Shown: positions 39,128 through 49,062 of the stretch, in pieces | Position numbering within the stretch: position 1 is the first letter of the stretch | Layout of the letters: each line of letters begins with the position of its first letter | From: a virus | Direction: 5' to 3' (one strand) | Length of the DNA: 64,000 nucleotides | Virus record (IMG/VR): IMGVR_UViG_3300025137_003799 | Location: 1 to 64,000 of that record | Made by a program: the position numbers and the translations under genes | Notes under the pieces: generated by a model | Database searches by the model: none | The model's input: only the letters and a program-made list of their open reading frames with translations | Told to the model about the DNA's origin: nothing

Positions 39128-39156
39128 ATAGGTAGAATTAAAGAACAGGAGTTCAT

Positions 39157-40365
39157 ATGTTAAAGACTGCAGAAGAACGTATTACACAAAGTAGGGTTAG
39201 GTTATTATTAACTAAGCCATTCTTTGGTACATTGGCTACTAGATTGCGTCTACAGGAAGTTGAATCTATTCCTACTGCTGGTACAGACGGTAGGCATTTC
39301 TACTTCAATAGAGAATTTATTAATCGTTTAGACGAAGGTGAACTTGATTTCCTAGTTGGACATGAAGTATTACATTGTGTATATGATCATATGCAGGCAC
39401 GTGGTGATAGAAACCATGTACTGTATAATATTGCATGTGATTTTAATATTAATATGGAACTTATTACACAGAATATTGGTAAACTAATTGGTGAAGATAA
39501 ACTAAACGGCGGCAAGCCTTGTTTAGATTGGAAATACCAGGGCAAGAACAGTTACGAGATTTACGATGAATTATTCCAGAGTGCAGAAGACGGCGGAACA
39601 GACGATCTAGCAGGTATGGACATTCATTTTGATGGTGAAGATGGTGACGGTGAAGGCTCTGGATATAAAGATGGTAATGGTAATCCTATTAAAGGTATGT
39701 CAGAAGAAGAAAAGAAGGCGTTAGGCGACGAGATAAAGCAGGCTGTTATTAATGCAGCTCAGGGTGCAGGACAAGAAGTACCAGAGACTATTAAACGTAT
39801 GGTAGCAGAGTTGACAGCACCTAAGCTGGACTGGACAGATGTACTTCGTGTAAGTATTGAAAGCAGTCTAAAGAACGACTTTACTTTTTTAAGACCAAGT
39901 AAGCGTTCTGGAGAAGTTATTTTTCCAGGTATGAACAAAGACGAGATGTTGAATATTGCTATTGCACTTGATATGTCTGGTTCAATTGCTGATAGTGTTG
40001 CAAAGGAAATGCTTAGTGAAGTACAAGGCATTATGGGACAATATAGTGATTATAAGATTACTGTATTCTGTTTTGATACTGGTGTATATAATGTAGATAC
40101 GTTCTCAAGTGATGACGGACGTTTAATTACAGAGTATGATTTAGCTGGTGGTGGTGGAACAGACTTTGATGTAGTATATAAGTATATGGAACAACAAGGT
40201 CTTGAACCTGATCAGCTTATTATGTTTACAGATGGTTATCCGTGGGGTAGTTGGGGAAATCCAGACTACTGTGATACACTATTTGTTATTCATGGTGATG
40301 AACAAAAACAAATTACTGCACCGTTTGGTATGACAGTACATTATGATACTGCATCAACAAGTTAA
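39157..40365 (+). CDS. DUF2201-type metallopeptidase-like + VWA domain protein
   Basis: TAGTDG, HEVLH, DMSGS (MIDAS), GGGGTDF and FTDG. Confidence 0.88.
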   Translation: MLKTAEERITQSRVRLLLTKPFFGTLATRLRLQEVESIPTAGTDGRHFYFNREFINRLDEGELDFLVGHEVLHCVYDHMQARGDRNHVLYNIACDFNINMELITQNIGKLIGEDKLNGGKPCLDWKYQGKNSYEIYDELFQSAEDGGTDDLAGMDIHFDGEDGDGEGSGYKDGNGNPIKGMSEEEKKALGDEIKQAVINAAQGAGQEVPETIKRMVAELTAPKLDWTDVLRVSIESSLKNDFTFLRPSKRSGEVIFPGMNKDEMLNIAIALDMSGSIADSVAKEMLSEVQGIMGQYSDYKITVFCFDTGVYNVDTFSSDDGRLITEYDLAGGGGTDFDVVYKYMEQQGLEPDQLIMFTDGYPWGSWGNPDYCDTLFVIHGDEQKQITAPFGMTVHYDTASTS

Positions 40366-40454
40366 GGAATGACACAATTAAAATTATTAAAAATAGTGGT
40401 AGTCTAAGTGAAACAGATTTAGGACTACTACAAGGAACAGATCTTCTATTAAAC

Positions 40455-40667
40455 ATGATGAGGAATAGAAGATTAATTATGATTGATCATGGTAAAGAAA
40501 TTGACTGGTTAAAACTAATGGAAAATGTTAGTGGCCTTTACCATATCAGACGTATTGATAGTGATAAACTATTTCAATGCTGGTTCGAATCACCTATAGA
40601 TATGGAACAGTTCGAAAAGAACTTGTATCTAGCAAAATTAGGTGATGTGAGCAATATTGTAGTCTAA
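40455..40667 (+). CDS. hypothetical protein
   Basis: ORF; frame is open upstream to about 40347. Confidence 0.5.
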   Translation: MMRNRRLIMIDHGKEIDWLKLMENVSGLYHIRRIDSDKLFQCWFESPIDMEQFEKNLYLAKLGDVSNIVV

Positions 40668-40733
40668 TGGAACTATCCATAGGCATAAATAAACATAGCA
40701 GTTAATTATAATTCATATTAAAGGAGAAACAAA

Positions 40734-41045
40734 ATGACTGAAGACAACTCGACAACAATGCCCGCAGACGCAAAAGAAATACCAGCCGATGCAAAAATGA
40801 TGAATTCACCAGTGAATGGTGAGCCAATCCCAATCTCATTAACAGGTGGAGACCTAACGTTAATCGCTAACGTAATTGATTTAGCAGTACAACGTGGCGC
40901 ATATAAAGGCGCAGAAGCTCAAACAGTTGGTGCGGCTTTTAACAAGCTGATATCAATTATTCAAGCAATCACTCCTGCCCAACCGGCAGCAGAAGGTGAT
41001 GCGCCAACAACAGAAGCGCCTGCAGAAGGTACTTCAAAGGAGTAA
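40734..41045 (+). CDS. hypothetical protein
   Basis: CATAAATA at 40684; AAGGAG RBS; IDLAVQRGAY. Confidence 0.7.
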   Translation: MTEDNSTTMPADAKEIPADAKMMNSPVNGEPIPISLTGGDLTLIANVIDLAVQRGAYKGAEAQTVGAAFNKLISIIQAITPAQPAAEGDAPTTEAPAEGTSKE

Positions 41046-41050
41046 TAGAA

Positions 41051-41653
41051 ATGGCAAATATTAAACATGTAGGACAATTAAAATCATCAGGGAGACGATG
41101 TATTGTTGTCTTCAGAGAAGTTCCAGATCAGATAGATCATTGTTTAGTCGTTGATACAGATGCATTAGCAGACTGGATGCACGACGATATGATCAATGCA
41201 GTTGAGTCCCCCGGTGCTCAGGAAAGTGGAAACTTTTACGAGTACGCTCAAAGAACTATGTTCACTGATGGTAGTAATATGCTACAATCACTACACGCGA
41301 AGGGCTTGTTAATGAAACAACCTATTACCAATATTCTAATGACACCTAACGGATCAGTTAGTATTGGACTGGATGAACTGAATAAAATGATTTCAGAACA
41401 GACTAGTGGAGCACCAAGTGTAGCACCGCCTGTTGATCCAGCAGACTTAACTATGGCAGGCAAAGGTGAAAATCCAATCGCCAATACAGTGGCACAACCA
41501 CAGGCACCAATTGATGACACAGCAATGGCACAAGGTTTATTGAATCAGGCCGCATCCTTTGAGAATGAAGCAAAGGCTCTCAGAGAACAAGCATTTGAAA
41601 TGTCTCCTTCACTAAAGCCAAAAAGAGGCAGGCCTTCTAAAGCAAAAGTATAA
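41051..41653 (+). CDS. hypothetical phage protein
   Basis: KHVG..; C-terminal KRGRP. Confidence 0.7.
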   Translation: MANIKHVGQLKSSGRRCIVVFREVPDQIDHCLVVDTDALADWMHDDMINAVESPGAQESGNFYEYAQRTMFTDGSNMLQSLHAKGLLMKQPITNILMTPNGSVSIGLDELNKMISEQTSGAPSVAPPVDPADLTMAGKGENPIANTVAQPQAPIDDTAMAQGLLNQAASFENEAKALREQAFEMSPSLKPKRGRPSKAKV

Positions 41654-41751
41654 CTTAATATTTGTTAAGATTTAGAGAGTCCGATTGCATCACTGTGGTT
41701 GGGCTCTTGCCTTGAAAAGAATAAATACAAGTGTGCAAAGGAGTACACCAA

Positions 41752-42057
41752 ATGGCAATCATAAGAAAAGATAGATCATTCGACAAGATTTTTGATGAAG
41801 TAACACTAGAAAAAATACCAATGCATTATATATTAGAGGTTAGATTACACCTAGCTGATGGAACAAGTATAGATCTAGACAGAAGTAAGGTAGTACATCT
41901 TAGGGATCCTAGTGAAATTACTCAAATGGTAGGCAGAACAGATGTAACTGATGTAGCAATTAGTTTAGACTATGAGAATATTAAAAAGGATATCAGTAAT
42001 AAAGTTAAAGGTGTATTGGGTACGTTCTTTAAAGAAGATAAAGAGGAACCAAAATGA
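41752..42057 (+). CDS. hypothetical protein
   Basis: AATAAATA and AAGGAG upstream. Confidence 0.65.
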   Translation: MAIIRKDRSFDKIFDEVTLEKIPMHYILEVRLHLADGTSIDLDRSKVVHLRDPSEITQMVGRTDVTDVAISLDYENIKKDISNKVKGVLGTFFKEDKEEPK

Positions 42058-42737
42058 GTAATGAATATGTAAGTCCTCTAGCGACTCAGGAATATAAAGG
42101 TCCTGGAGACTACTTGGGTGCAATAAAAGAACACTTTGACAAACAGAATTATTCAAGAGAACGATGGGCTACGCATTCAGAAAGTAGCCATAATCTAATA
42201 CCTTATGTAAACAATTTAAAACCAAATCTAGTATTAGATATTGGTTGTGGCACAAATCCATACAAAGGAGAAATTGATAATCTTATTGGAATGGATCTTG
42301 GGAATTATCCTGAAGCTGATATTAACCTGAGTTGCAATAGAGTACATGAACTAGGTATTTTTCAGCCGGGTTGTGCTGATGTAGTAATGGCTCTAGGTTC
42401 AATTAACTTTGGATCATTTGAAGATATTAAAAGACAGATCAGTATATGTATTGATTGGTGTAAACCTGGCGGACAACTTATAATGAGATGTAGATTAGGA
42501 AAAGATAATCCAAGGAACAGAAATAATGATAGACATCTATTTAAAACGTTTAATCAACATCCTTGGAAATGGGATCAAATATATGAGATCACTGAACTCT
42601 GGAAAGACCGTGTAGAATTTTTACACGAGCCAATACCAGAAACAGCCGCTGGAGGCGATACTAATGGCGCTGGGCATGGTAAGCCTGATCCTAATAGAAA
42701 TATAGACTTAGCAGTCTGGTACTGGAGAAAACTATGA
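42054..42737 (+). CDS. class I SAM-dependent methyltransferase
   Basis: VLDIGCG, LIGMD, ALGSINF and KPGG. Confidence 0.8.
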   Translation: MSNEYVSPLATQEYKGPGDYLGAIKEHFDKQNYSRERWATHSESSHNLIPYVNNLKPNLVLDIGCGTNPYKGEIDNLIGMDLGNYPEADINLSCNRVHELGIFQPGCADVVMALGSINFGSFEDIKRQISICIDWCKPGGQLIMRCRLGKDNPRNRNNDRHLFKTFNQHPWKWDQIYEITELWKDRVEFLHEPIPETAAGGDTNGAGHGKPDPNRNIDLAVWYWRKL

Positions 42738-43882
42738 AAATAAATGATATACTTTATGAAGCATTACCGCCTGATGACAACCCTTTTGGAGACGACAAAA
42801 GATCTCAGAAAGATAAAGAAAAAGCGGCATATATGGCTAGTCTTACAAAGGTCGCAACGTGGATGGGTCCAAACAGTAAAACTTGGAATGATGCATCAAA
42901 CAAACTAGCAATTAAGATGTACAAACAAGGATACAATCCTAAAGAAATATGGGGAATAACACAAAACATAATGGGAACAGATGGTCATTGGCGCCAAGAA
43001 ATAGATGATAGTGGATCTCGTCTAATTCCAAATGCTAAAGGTGATACTATGGGAGATCAGATATATCACCCTGAACTTTATAAAGCATATCCAGGAATGA
43101 GAGACATACCAATTGATGCAAATTGGGACAACAGAGGATCTAGTGCTGGAGGAATGGTAAGTAATGGTAAAATTTATATTGGAAGTTACTACTCAGATGA
43201 TAAAACTAAAATTGAAGACAGACGAAGACTTGGAACAGGAAATCACGAATGGGGTCATGTAATTCAAAATAAATTTGAACCAAAATTTAGTGACGGAGAC
43301 AATCCAAGGACAGACTTAATTACAACAGTTGCTAGACAAAATAATATTACTCCTGATGCGGCATACAACGCCAAGGGCGGTGAGCATATGACTAGTGCTT
43401 CTGAGGTTAGACATGATATGTCAAAGTCGGAGAGAGCAGCTACATTTCCTGACTTAACTCAGGGTGCAGACTTTAATCCTGCAAAAAGAATTACTATAGA
43501 TAAAACTGATAAAGTTCCAGCATTTGACTATAACAATCCAAACAAAAATAGAAATGCAATTAAAGGTGTTAGTGGTCCGCTCAAGGATATAGGCCTGGGA
43601 ACGAAGCATGTAACGTTTGATAATCCACATCTTACTGACATATATCGAGATCCTAGCAAAGCTGATCTTGACAAAATTAGACGAGATTTAGCAGGAGGCA
43701 ATACCTCAGGCAGTGGAGGCTCAGGTGCAGGCGGAACCAAACCTATAAAGAGACCCACTGGAAATAAAAAAATAAAGTATGGTGGAAAAGGTAAAAACGG
43801 TCTAGGAACAATGACAAGTACGGGCCAAGTATTAGATTGGAAACCTAAATCAGACGCTCCACCAGGAGCAGACGGCAAATGA
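42734..43882 (+). CDS. LPD23-like + zincin (HExxH) domain protein, possibly virion-internal
   Basis: DGHWRQEIDDS, HPELYKAYP and HEWGH; Gly-rich tail. Confidence 0.6.
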   Translation: MKINDILYEALPPDDNPFGDDKRSQKDKEKAAYMASLTKVATWMGPNSKTWNDASNKLAIKMYKQGYNPKEIWGITQNIMGTDGHWRQEIDDSGSRLIPNAKGDTMGDQIYHPELYKAYPGMRDIPIDANWDNRGSSAGGMVSNGKIYIGSYYSDDKTKIEDRRRLGTGNHEWGHVIQNKFEPKFSDGDNPRTDLITTVARQNNITPDAAYNAKGGEHMTSASEVRHDMSKSERAATFPDLTQGADFNPAKRITIDKTDKVPAFDYNNPNKNRNAIKGVSGPLKDIGLGTKHVTFDNPHLTDIYRDPSKADLDKIRRDLAGGNTSGSGGSGAGGTKPIKRPTGNKKIKYGGKGKNGLGTMTSTGQVLDWKPKSDAPPGADGK

Positions 43883-44070
43883 AAATAGATGATATTCTTA
43901 AATTACCCAGTATAAAAATCGGAGACGAGATCATGGTGGGTAAATTTAAGAATCGTAAAGCAGTAGTTACTGGATTTACAAAAGATGAAAATAATCAGCC
44001 TGTTTTAAAAACAACCAAAGGCGACCAAAAACTATTTAAACCAAGGATAGTTAAACTAATGGATAAGTAA
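43879..44070 (+). CDS. small SH3/KOW-like hypothetical protein
   Basis: IKIGDEIMVGKFKN; MKIDDIL N-terminus. Confidence 0.6.
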   Translation: MKIDDILKLPSIKIGDEIMVGKFKNRKAVVTGFTKDENNQPVLKTTKGDQKLFKPRIVKLMDK

Positions 44071-44071
44071 A

Positions 44072-44317
44072 ATGAAATTAGACTTACATGGCTATAGAGT
44101 CCACGATGCCTGGCATAAATTTAAATTACATATACTAGAATGTTACCATTATAAATATAAGCACACAACAATTGTAACAGGTCACGGCAAAATCTCTGAG
44201 GAGATTAAAGACTGGTGTGTAGCCAGTCCTTACGTCAGACATGTAGAACGAATGTCCCCAAATACTGGAGCATATAAATTAACTTTCTGGAAACAGAAGA
44301 GCGGATACAATAAATGA
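44072..44317 (+). CDS. stand-alone Smr/MutS2-domain protein
   Basis: LDLHG, IVTGHG and NTGA. Confidence 0.8.
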   Translation: MKLDLHGYRVHDAWHKFKLHILECYHYKYKHTTIVTGHGKISEEIKDWCVASPYVRHVERMSPNTGAYKLTFWKQKSGYNK

Positions 44318-44580
44318 ATTTCTTTAAAAAAGCAAAACATCATCTAGCCGTAGAAACAGGCTGGGGTTACTGGTACCACTTGTGGCATAGTCTAAAAAAT
44401 AGTTGGACTCTACTTGTGATTGTTTTTAAAAGTACCGTACATGGATTTTGTCCATGGATATGGAAAGCAGATGCTCCACTTGGTGTTATTAAATTATACC
44501 ATCAGATTATGAAGATAGATCATATTAACAAACAAGATAAACTGAGGCAAAAACCAAAAAATGAACGATACCGAGATTAA
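44314..44580 (+). CDS. hypothetical protein (DUF6356-like)
   Basis: HL....GYWYHL...VHGFCPW. Confidence 0.5.
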   Translation: MNFFKKAKHHLAVETGWGYWYHLWHSLKNSWTLLVIVFKSTVHGFCPWIWKADAPLGVIKLYHQIMKIDHINKQDKLRQKPKNERYRD

Positions 44581-45139
44581 ACTTTTAACATTATTGAGTA
44601 GTTACGGTGACATAGTTGAACTTGATTGGAAGTTCGATACTGATGCTGTGATTAAAGAACTACAGCAGAGTTCCTGGATAGAAGGAACACATGGCAAACG
44701 TGCTATTAACTTAACTGGTCCAATAGAAGATATAGGACTGGAAGCAAAAGACAAGCATGATGCAGATCAACCAATTAATACAAACTGTACTCCGGGTATT
44801 CTCCCATTCTTTAACAAGTGGGAGAAGTTAGCACGTTGTAGAGCAGTTGAACTAAGTGCAGGTAGTTACTTTAAAATGCATCGAGATGCACATAAGATGC
44901 GTCCACAGATGCGTGTATTCATTCCACTTAACAAGGTAGATGTACATGAATGGAATTTTATATACAATACAGAGCGTGTACTGTTTAAGCCAGGCGTTCC
45001 TTATATACTAAACACTCGCAAACAACATGGCAGTTTTGCATTTGAAGGCGGAATATATCATGTGTTGATGAGTATCTACATAACTGAACACAATGTAAAA
45101 ACTGTTATGAATATGTTACCTAACTGCAAGGAATACTAA
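44561..45139 (+). CDS. Fe(II)/2OG oxygenase (Asp/Asn beta-hydroxylase-like)
   Basis: HRD...RVFIPL...NT..HG. Confidence 0.7.
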   Translation: MNDTEIKLLTLLSSYGDIVELDWKFDTDAVIKELQQSSWIEGTHGKRAINLTGPIEDIGLEAKDKHDADQPINTNCTPGILPFFNKWEKLARCRAVELSAGSYFKMHRDAHKMRPQMRVFIPLNKVDVHEWNFIYNTERVLFKPGVPYILNTRKQHGSFAFEGGIYHVLMSIYITEHNVKTVMNMLPNCKEY

Positions 45140-46320
45140 TGGATATTTGTATTGTAGGTGGCGGCACAGCAGGATGGATGACAGCAAGTTATCTAGCAAG
45201 TGTACTACCTGATAATATAACATTAATTGAAAGCCGTGATATACCAATTATTGGTGTAGGCGAGAGTACTGTTCCTAGTTTTACTGATTTTGTAAAAACT
45301 GTAGGGCTAACAGAACAAGATCTATTTAACATTGGCAGTATTAGAAAATATACAGCAAAACATTGTGACTGGCCACGAAAAGGTAAGGATTGGTTCCATC
45401 ATTTTATCTTTGATAAAACAGAAGAACAAGAACAACTACAGTGGTTAGAGAACTTGGAACTACCTGATAAGCATTGGAGACATAGTTATCATATTGATGC
45501 TACTAAGTTTAGTAGTCTATTACGTGAACGCTTTGTGGATAAGATAGACCATAATTATGATACTATTAAAAGAGTGGTATATACAGAATCCGGAATCACA
45601 AGACTTATAGGTGAAGAACGTGAATATACTGCTGACTTGTTTATAGATTGTAGTGGACTTAAACAAATACTTCTCAAAAACTTTACAAATTTAACAGAAT
45701 CAAACAACAGTCTAATAAACAATAAAGCATGGGCTGGACATGCCGATTACACAGACCAAGCAGGACCAGTCTATTATACTAGAACATTTGCCATGGATGC
45801 AGGATGGCAATGGAATATATGCTTACAAGACAGAGCAGGCTGTGGGTATGTTTTTAATGATCAACATATTGATAGTTATACAGCTAGAAAAGAATTTATA
45901 GATAAGTGTCCATTTAATCTAAGAAGAGACACACTTAAACTAATTGACTTTAAAAGCAAATGGAATACAAATCCATGGTGTAGTAATGTAGTAGCCATTG
46001 GACTTAGTGCAGGGTTCTTAGAGCCCCTAGAGAGTCAGAGCATATTCCTAACACAGATGCAGGTTCAAATGCTATGTAGACTTATAAACAAAAACAACAA
46101 TAAAAAATTATTCAATAAGTTTTGGAATATGATGATTAGACATATTGCTAAGTACCTGGAACTACATTATACTCTAAGTAGTAGAACAGATACATCATAC
46201 TGGAGAAGTTTCAATAAAACAGATACAGTTGTATATAAACATTCATATAGTCCTCTCTTTCATGAGTATGGGCATTCAGCAATAGCAGAGGCATATGGAG
46301 GAAAGTTGGTTAAACAATGA
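45139..46320 (+). CDS. flavin-dependent halogenase (tryptophan halogenase family)
   Basis: GGGTAGW, IGVGEST, FIDCSG, GWQWNI and GFLEPLES. Confidence 0.88.
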   Translation: MDICIVGGGTAGWMTASYLASVLPDNITLIESRDIPIIGVGESTVPSFTDFVKTVGLTEQDLFNIGSIRKYTAKHCDWPRKGKDWFHHFIFDKTEEQEQLQWLENLELPDKHWRHSYHIDATKFSSLLRERFVDKIDHNYDTIKRVVYTESGITRLIGEEREYTADLFIDCSGLKQILLKNFTNLTESNNSLINNKAWAGHADYTDQAGPVYYTRTFAMDAGWQWNICLQDRAGCGYVFNDQHIDSYTARKEFIDKCPFNLRRDTLKLIDFKSKWNTNPWCSNVVAIGLSAGFLEPLESQSIFLTQMQVQMLCRLINKNNNKKLFNKFWNMMIRHIAKYLELHYTLSSRTDTSYWRSFNKTDTVVYKHSYSPLFHEYGHSAIAEAYGGKLVKQ

Positions 46321-47270
46321 AAAAGAACACAGGAAAAAATTGGTACTCAGGTGATAGTGTAAAAGATCTTGTCGATAATGTAGATGCTGACAAGCAGATA
46401 AAAGTACAAGGCGACACTAACACAGATTCAAACTACGAAGATGAAATGTATAGTGCAGAACAAATGGAACGTCAGAAGGATATGGATAACATATTTAAAG
46501 TGGATGGTGTACCAAGTCGTTGGCAACACAATAAACTTAGAAGCACCTGGCATTTTGATCCATTCGAGGATCCTAACGAACAGAGCTTCGTAGTACCCTG
46601 TAGATTTGAAGGCGACTTTAGTGTTGCTATTAACTATGCTCTACAGGAAGCAAAAGAGATGACGATAGGAAACTATCGTAGTCGTAACGACAGTAAACAA
46701 GATAAAGATATGCATGATGGAGAAATCATTGATGCGGTCAACGCCAGTGGTAAAGATGATGTTAGTTGTATGTTCTATGACAAAGTAGTTCGCACAAAAT
46801 TTAATAAAGACACAGGCGAAAAGCAAGTATTAGAGAATCGTATACCTGAATATGATATACTTTTTAATGTTATTAAAGAGCTTGATGTAGATGTTCATCA
46901 GAGTCGTTTACACATACAAAGACTAAGCCAAGTAACACCCATACATATTGACAATCAGATGCGTTATGCTCGTCCAGGCTGGGATAAGGTATGGAGAGAA
47001 GCTGGTGCAGATAAGAATCCACTAAAGTTACGCAGGTTCCTTATACATCTACAAGACTGGACACAAGGACATGTATGGCAGTTTGGCAATACATATCATC
47101 AGGGGTATCAAGCAGGCACAGTAACAACTTATGACTGGTGTAACATGCCACATGGTACTGCAAACTTTAGTTTTATACCCAGAGTTACATTCCAAATCAC
47201 AGGGTTTGTGTCTGAAAAAACACAATGGATGATTGATAATCCAGATCCAAACAGAGTTATAAGTGTTTAA
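46317..47270 (+). CDS. Fe(II)/2OG-type oxygenase-like protein
   Basis: HID...PHGTAN...R.TFQITG. Confidence 0.6.
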   Translation: MKKNTGKNWYSGDSVKDLVDNVDADKQIKVQGDTNTDSNYEDEMYSAEQMERQKDMDNIFKVDGVPSRWQHNKLRSTWHFDPFEDPNEQSFVVPCRFEGDFSVAINYALQEAKEMTIGNYRSRNDSKQDKDMHDGEIIDAVNASGKDDVSCMFYDKVVRTKFNKDTGEKQVLENRIPEYDILFNVIKELDVDVHQSRLHIQRLSQVTPIHIDNQMRYARPGWDKVWREAGADKNPLKLRRFLIHLQDWTQGHVWQFGNTYHQGYQAGTVTTYDWCNMPHGTANFSFIPRVTFQITGFVSEKTQWMIDNPDPNRVISV

Positions 47271-47601
47271 AAGATTCCGCAAATGGTTCAATATAGACCA
47301 TGTTGTGGATATGACTGTCGATCTGTTCTTAATCCTATTTGATGTACTAACATCACCTATACTAATTGTTGTTAGATTGACACGTTGGATAATAGGCAAG
47401 TACTTGTTGGATGGGTTGAAAAACAAAATAAAAAGACTAATACATTGGACAAAGGGTAAACCAGCACTACTACAAATTGTAATCTGGACAACAACCCTAT
47501 GTGTATCACTATTAATTCTTACATTGATGTGGTTCTTTGGACAAGCAATTACAGAACTTGCTCAGGAAATGTGGGGCCATCAAGGATTAGATATAGAATG
47601 A
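47263..47601 (+). CDS. membrane protein
   Basis: two hydrophobic segments. Confidence 0.55.
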   Translation: MFKRFRKWFNIDHVVDMTVDLFLILFDVLTSPILIVVRLTRWIIGKYLLDGLKNKIKRLIHWTKGKPALLQIVIWTTTLCVSLLILTLMWFFGQAITELAQEMWGHQGLDIE

Positions 47602-48386
47602 ATCTAGAAGACTATACAGAATACAAGCATAAGAATTTTCCAGCTACTAAAAAGGACGCTAGAGTGCCAGGTGAAACACTATTGTGGTATGGCAAGGACC
47701 AGCAGGAAAAGGATAAGACTCCGGAAGTCATGACGCTACACTTAGAACAGTCAAGGGATTGGACTGATGTAGATATTAGTTATGCTTGGAATAGCCTGGG
47801 TTATCGTGGCCCAGAGCCAGACTATACAGCAAACAAGAAGATACTACTAGCAGGCGGTTCAATGTTAATGGGCGTTGGTTTACCTATTGAAGAAACACTA
47901 CCAGTAGTACTAGCCAAACATTTTAATGCAGACTATCTAAACTTGAGTGACTATGATAGCCTAACAGAAATAACTGCACCTTTGGAGCAATTAGGTGTTG
48001 ACTATGATCCTGACTATGTTATAATAGGGGATACAAGATTTGTAGTTGAAAATAATTGGCTTATGGCATTCATAAAACAGAAACTAAAACTACATGGCGT
48101 TGACATTCGCAGAGAAGATTTACAATTTTTCCAACAAGCGTTTGACAATACAAACCATAGTGTACTCACAGTATACAATGGATTCATACAAAATTTATTT
48201 CCTAAAGCAAAGGTATTATTCCTTATTGCTCCTAGGAAAAACTTTAACTTTGATACAGGGTTTGAGAATCAACTAACTATAAGCAAAGACTATATGGTTG
48301 ATTTAAGCAGAGACAATGCACACCCTGGACCAAATTCAATAATAACAATAGCAAAAGAAATAATTAGGAGACTAGAAGATGGTTGA
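47598..48386 (+). CDS. SGNH/GDSL-like protein
   Basis: NSLGYRG, GGSM..GVG and RDNAHPG. Confidence 0.55.
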   Translation: MNLEDYTEYKHKNFPATKKDARVPGETLLWYGKDQQEKDKTPEVMTLHLEQSRDWTDVDISYAWNSLGYRGPEPDYTANKKILLAGGSMLMGVGLPIEETLPVVLAKHFNADYLNLSDYDSLTEITAPLEQLGVDYDPDYVIIGDTRFVVENNWLMAFIKQKLKLHGVDIRREDLQFFQQAFDNTNHSVLTVYNGFIQNLFPKAKVLFLIAPRKNFNFDTGFENQLTISKDYMVDLSRDNAHPGPNSIITIAKEIIRRLEDG

Positions 48387-49062
48387 TAAGCAGTATATTT
48401 TAACTGTGGGTATCGCTGGAAGTAGGTGGGGAAGAGTAGAATCAGTACTATGTAATACACATAATCACTTGATTGACAGTAGTTCATGGCGAGAATACAA
48501 TATGGACAATCCAAAAAACAACACAGGACATATGCATGCCTTTTGGGGGCCATATAATAGACTGGGTGAACAGTTTGATCAGTTGGAGTTACTTGGTGTA
48601 GAACAGTTTAGACATCAAATGGATAAAGAGTTTGATGCGACAAATCCTGCACCATATAGATTTATACGTTGTCATTGGTTTTGTTATCAACTAGAATGGT
48701 TAGTAAAAAATTGTCCTGACATGTGGCTATTGTTTGTATTTCGCGAGCCTGAAATGAGTTTACGTTGGTGGTATGAAAGTGGCGGTTGGGATATCAGTTA
48801 TCCTAATTACAAATGGTATGGATCAGAGGCTGTGTTAGAACGACAGGTTCACGTGGAAAATAAATATATGCATAAATTCATAAAAGACAGAGGACTTGAA
48901 TTTGATTATTCATTAGCAGATGCAGACAAGTGGTATGCAAAGCATATGCCTGAACTAGGAGATTTATCCGGAACAGACTGGGCAGCGGCCGCACAAGCAG
49001 ATGGATTGGATAATACACTATACCCAATACTTTACAAAGGAAACAAAGATGCTAAAAACTAG
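48379..49062 (+). CDS. sulfotransferase-like protein A
   Basis: TVGIAGSRW, IRCHWF; paralog of 50040-50690. Confidence 0.5.
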   Translation: MVDKQYILTVGIAGSRWGRVESVLCNTHNHLIDSSSWREYNMDNPKNNTGHMHAFWGPYNRLGEQFDQLELLGVEQFRHQMDKEFDATNPAPYRFIRCHWFCYQLEWLVKNCPDMWLLFVFREPEMSLRWWYESGGWDISYPNYKWYGSEAVLERQVHVENKYMHKFIKDRGLEFDYSLADADKWYAKHMPELGDLSGTDWAAAAQADGLDNTLYPILYKGNKDAKN

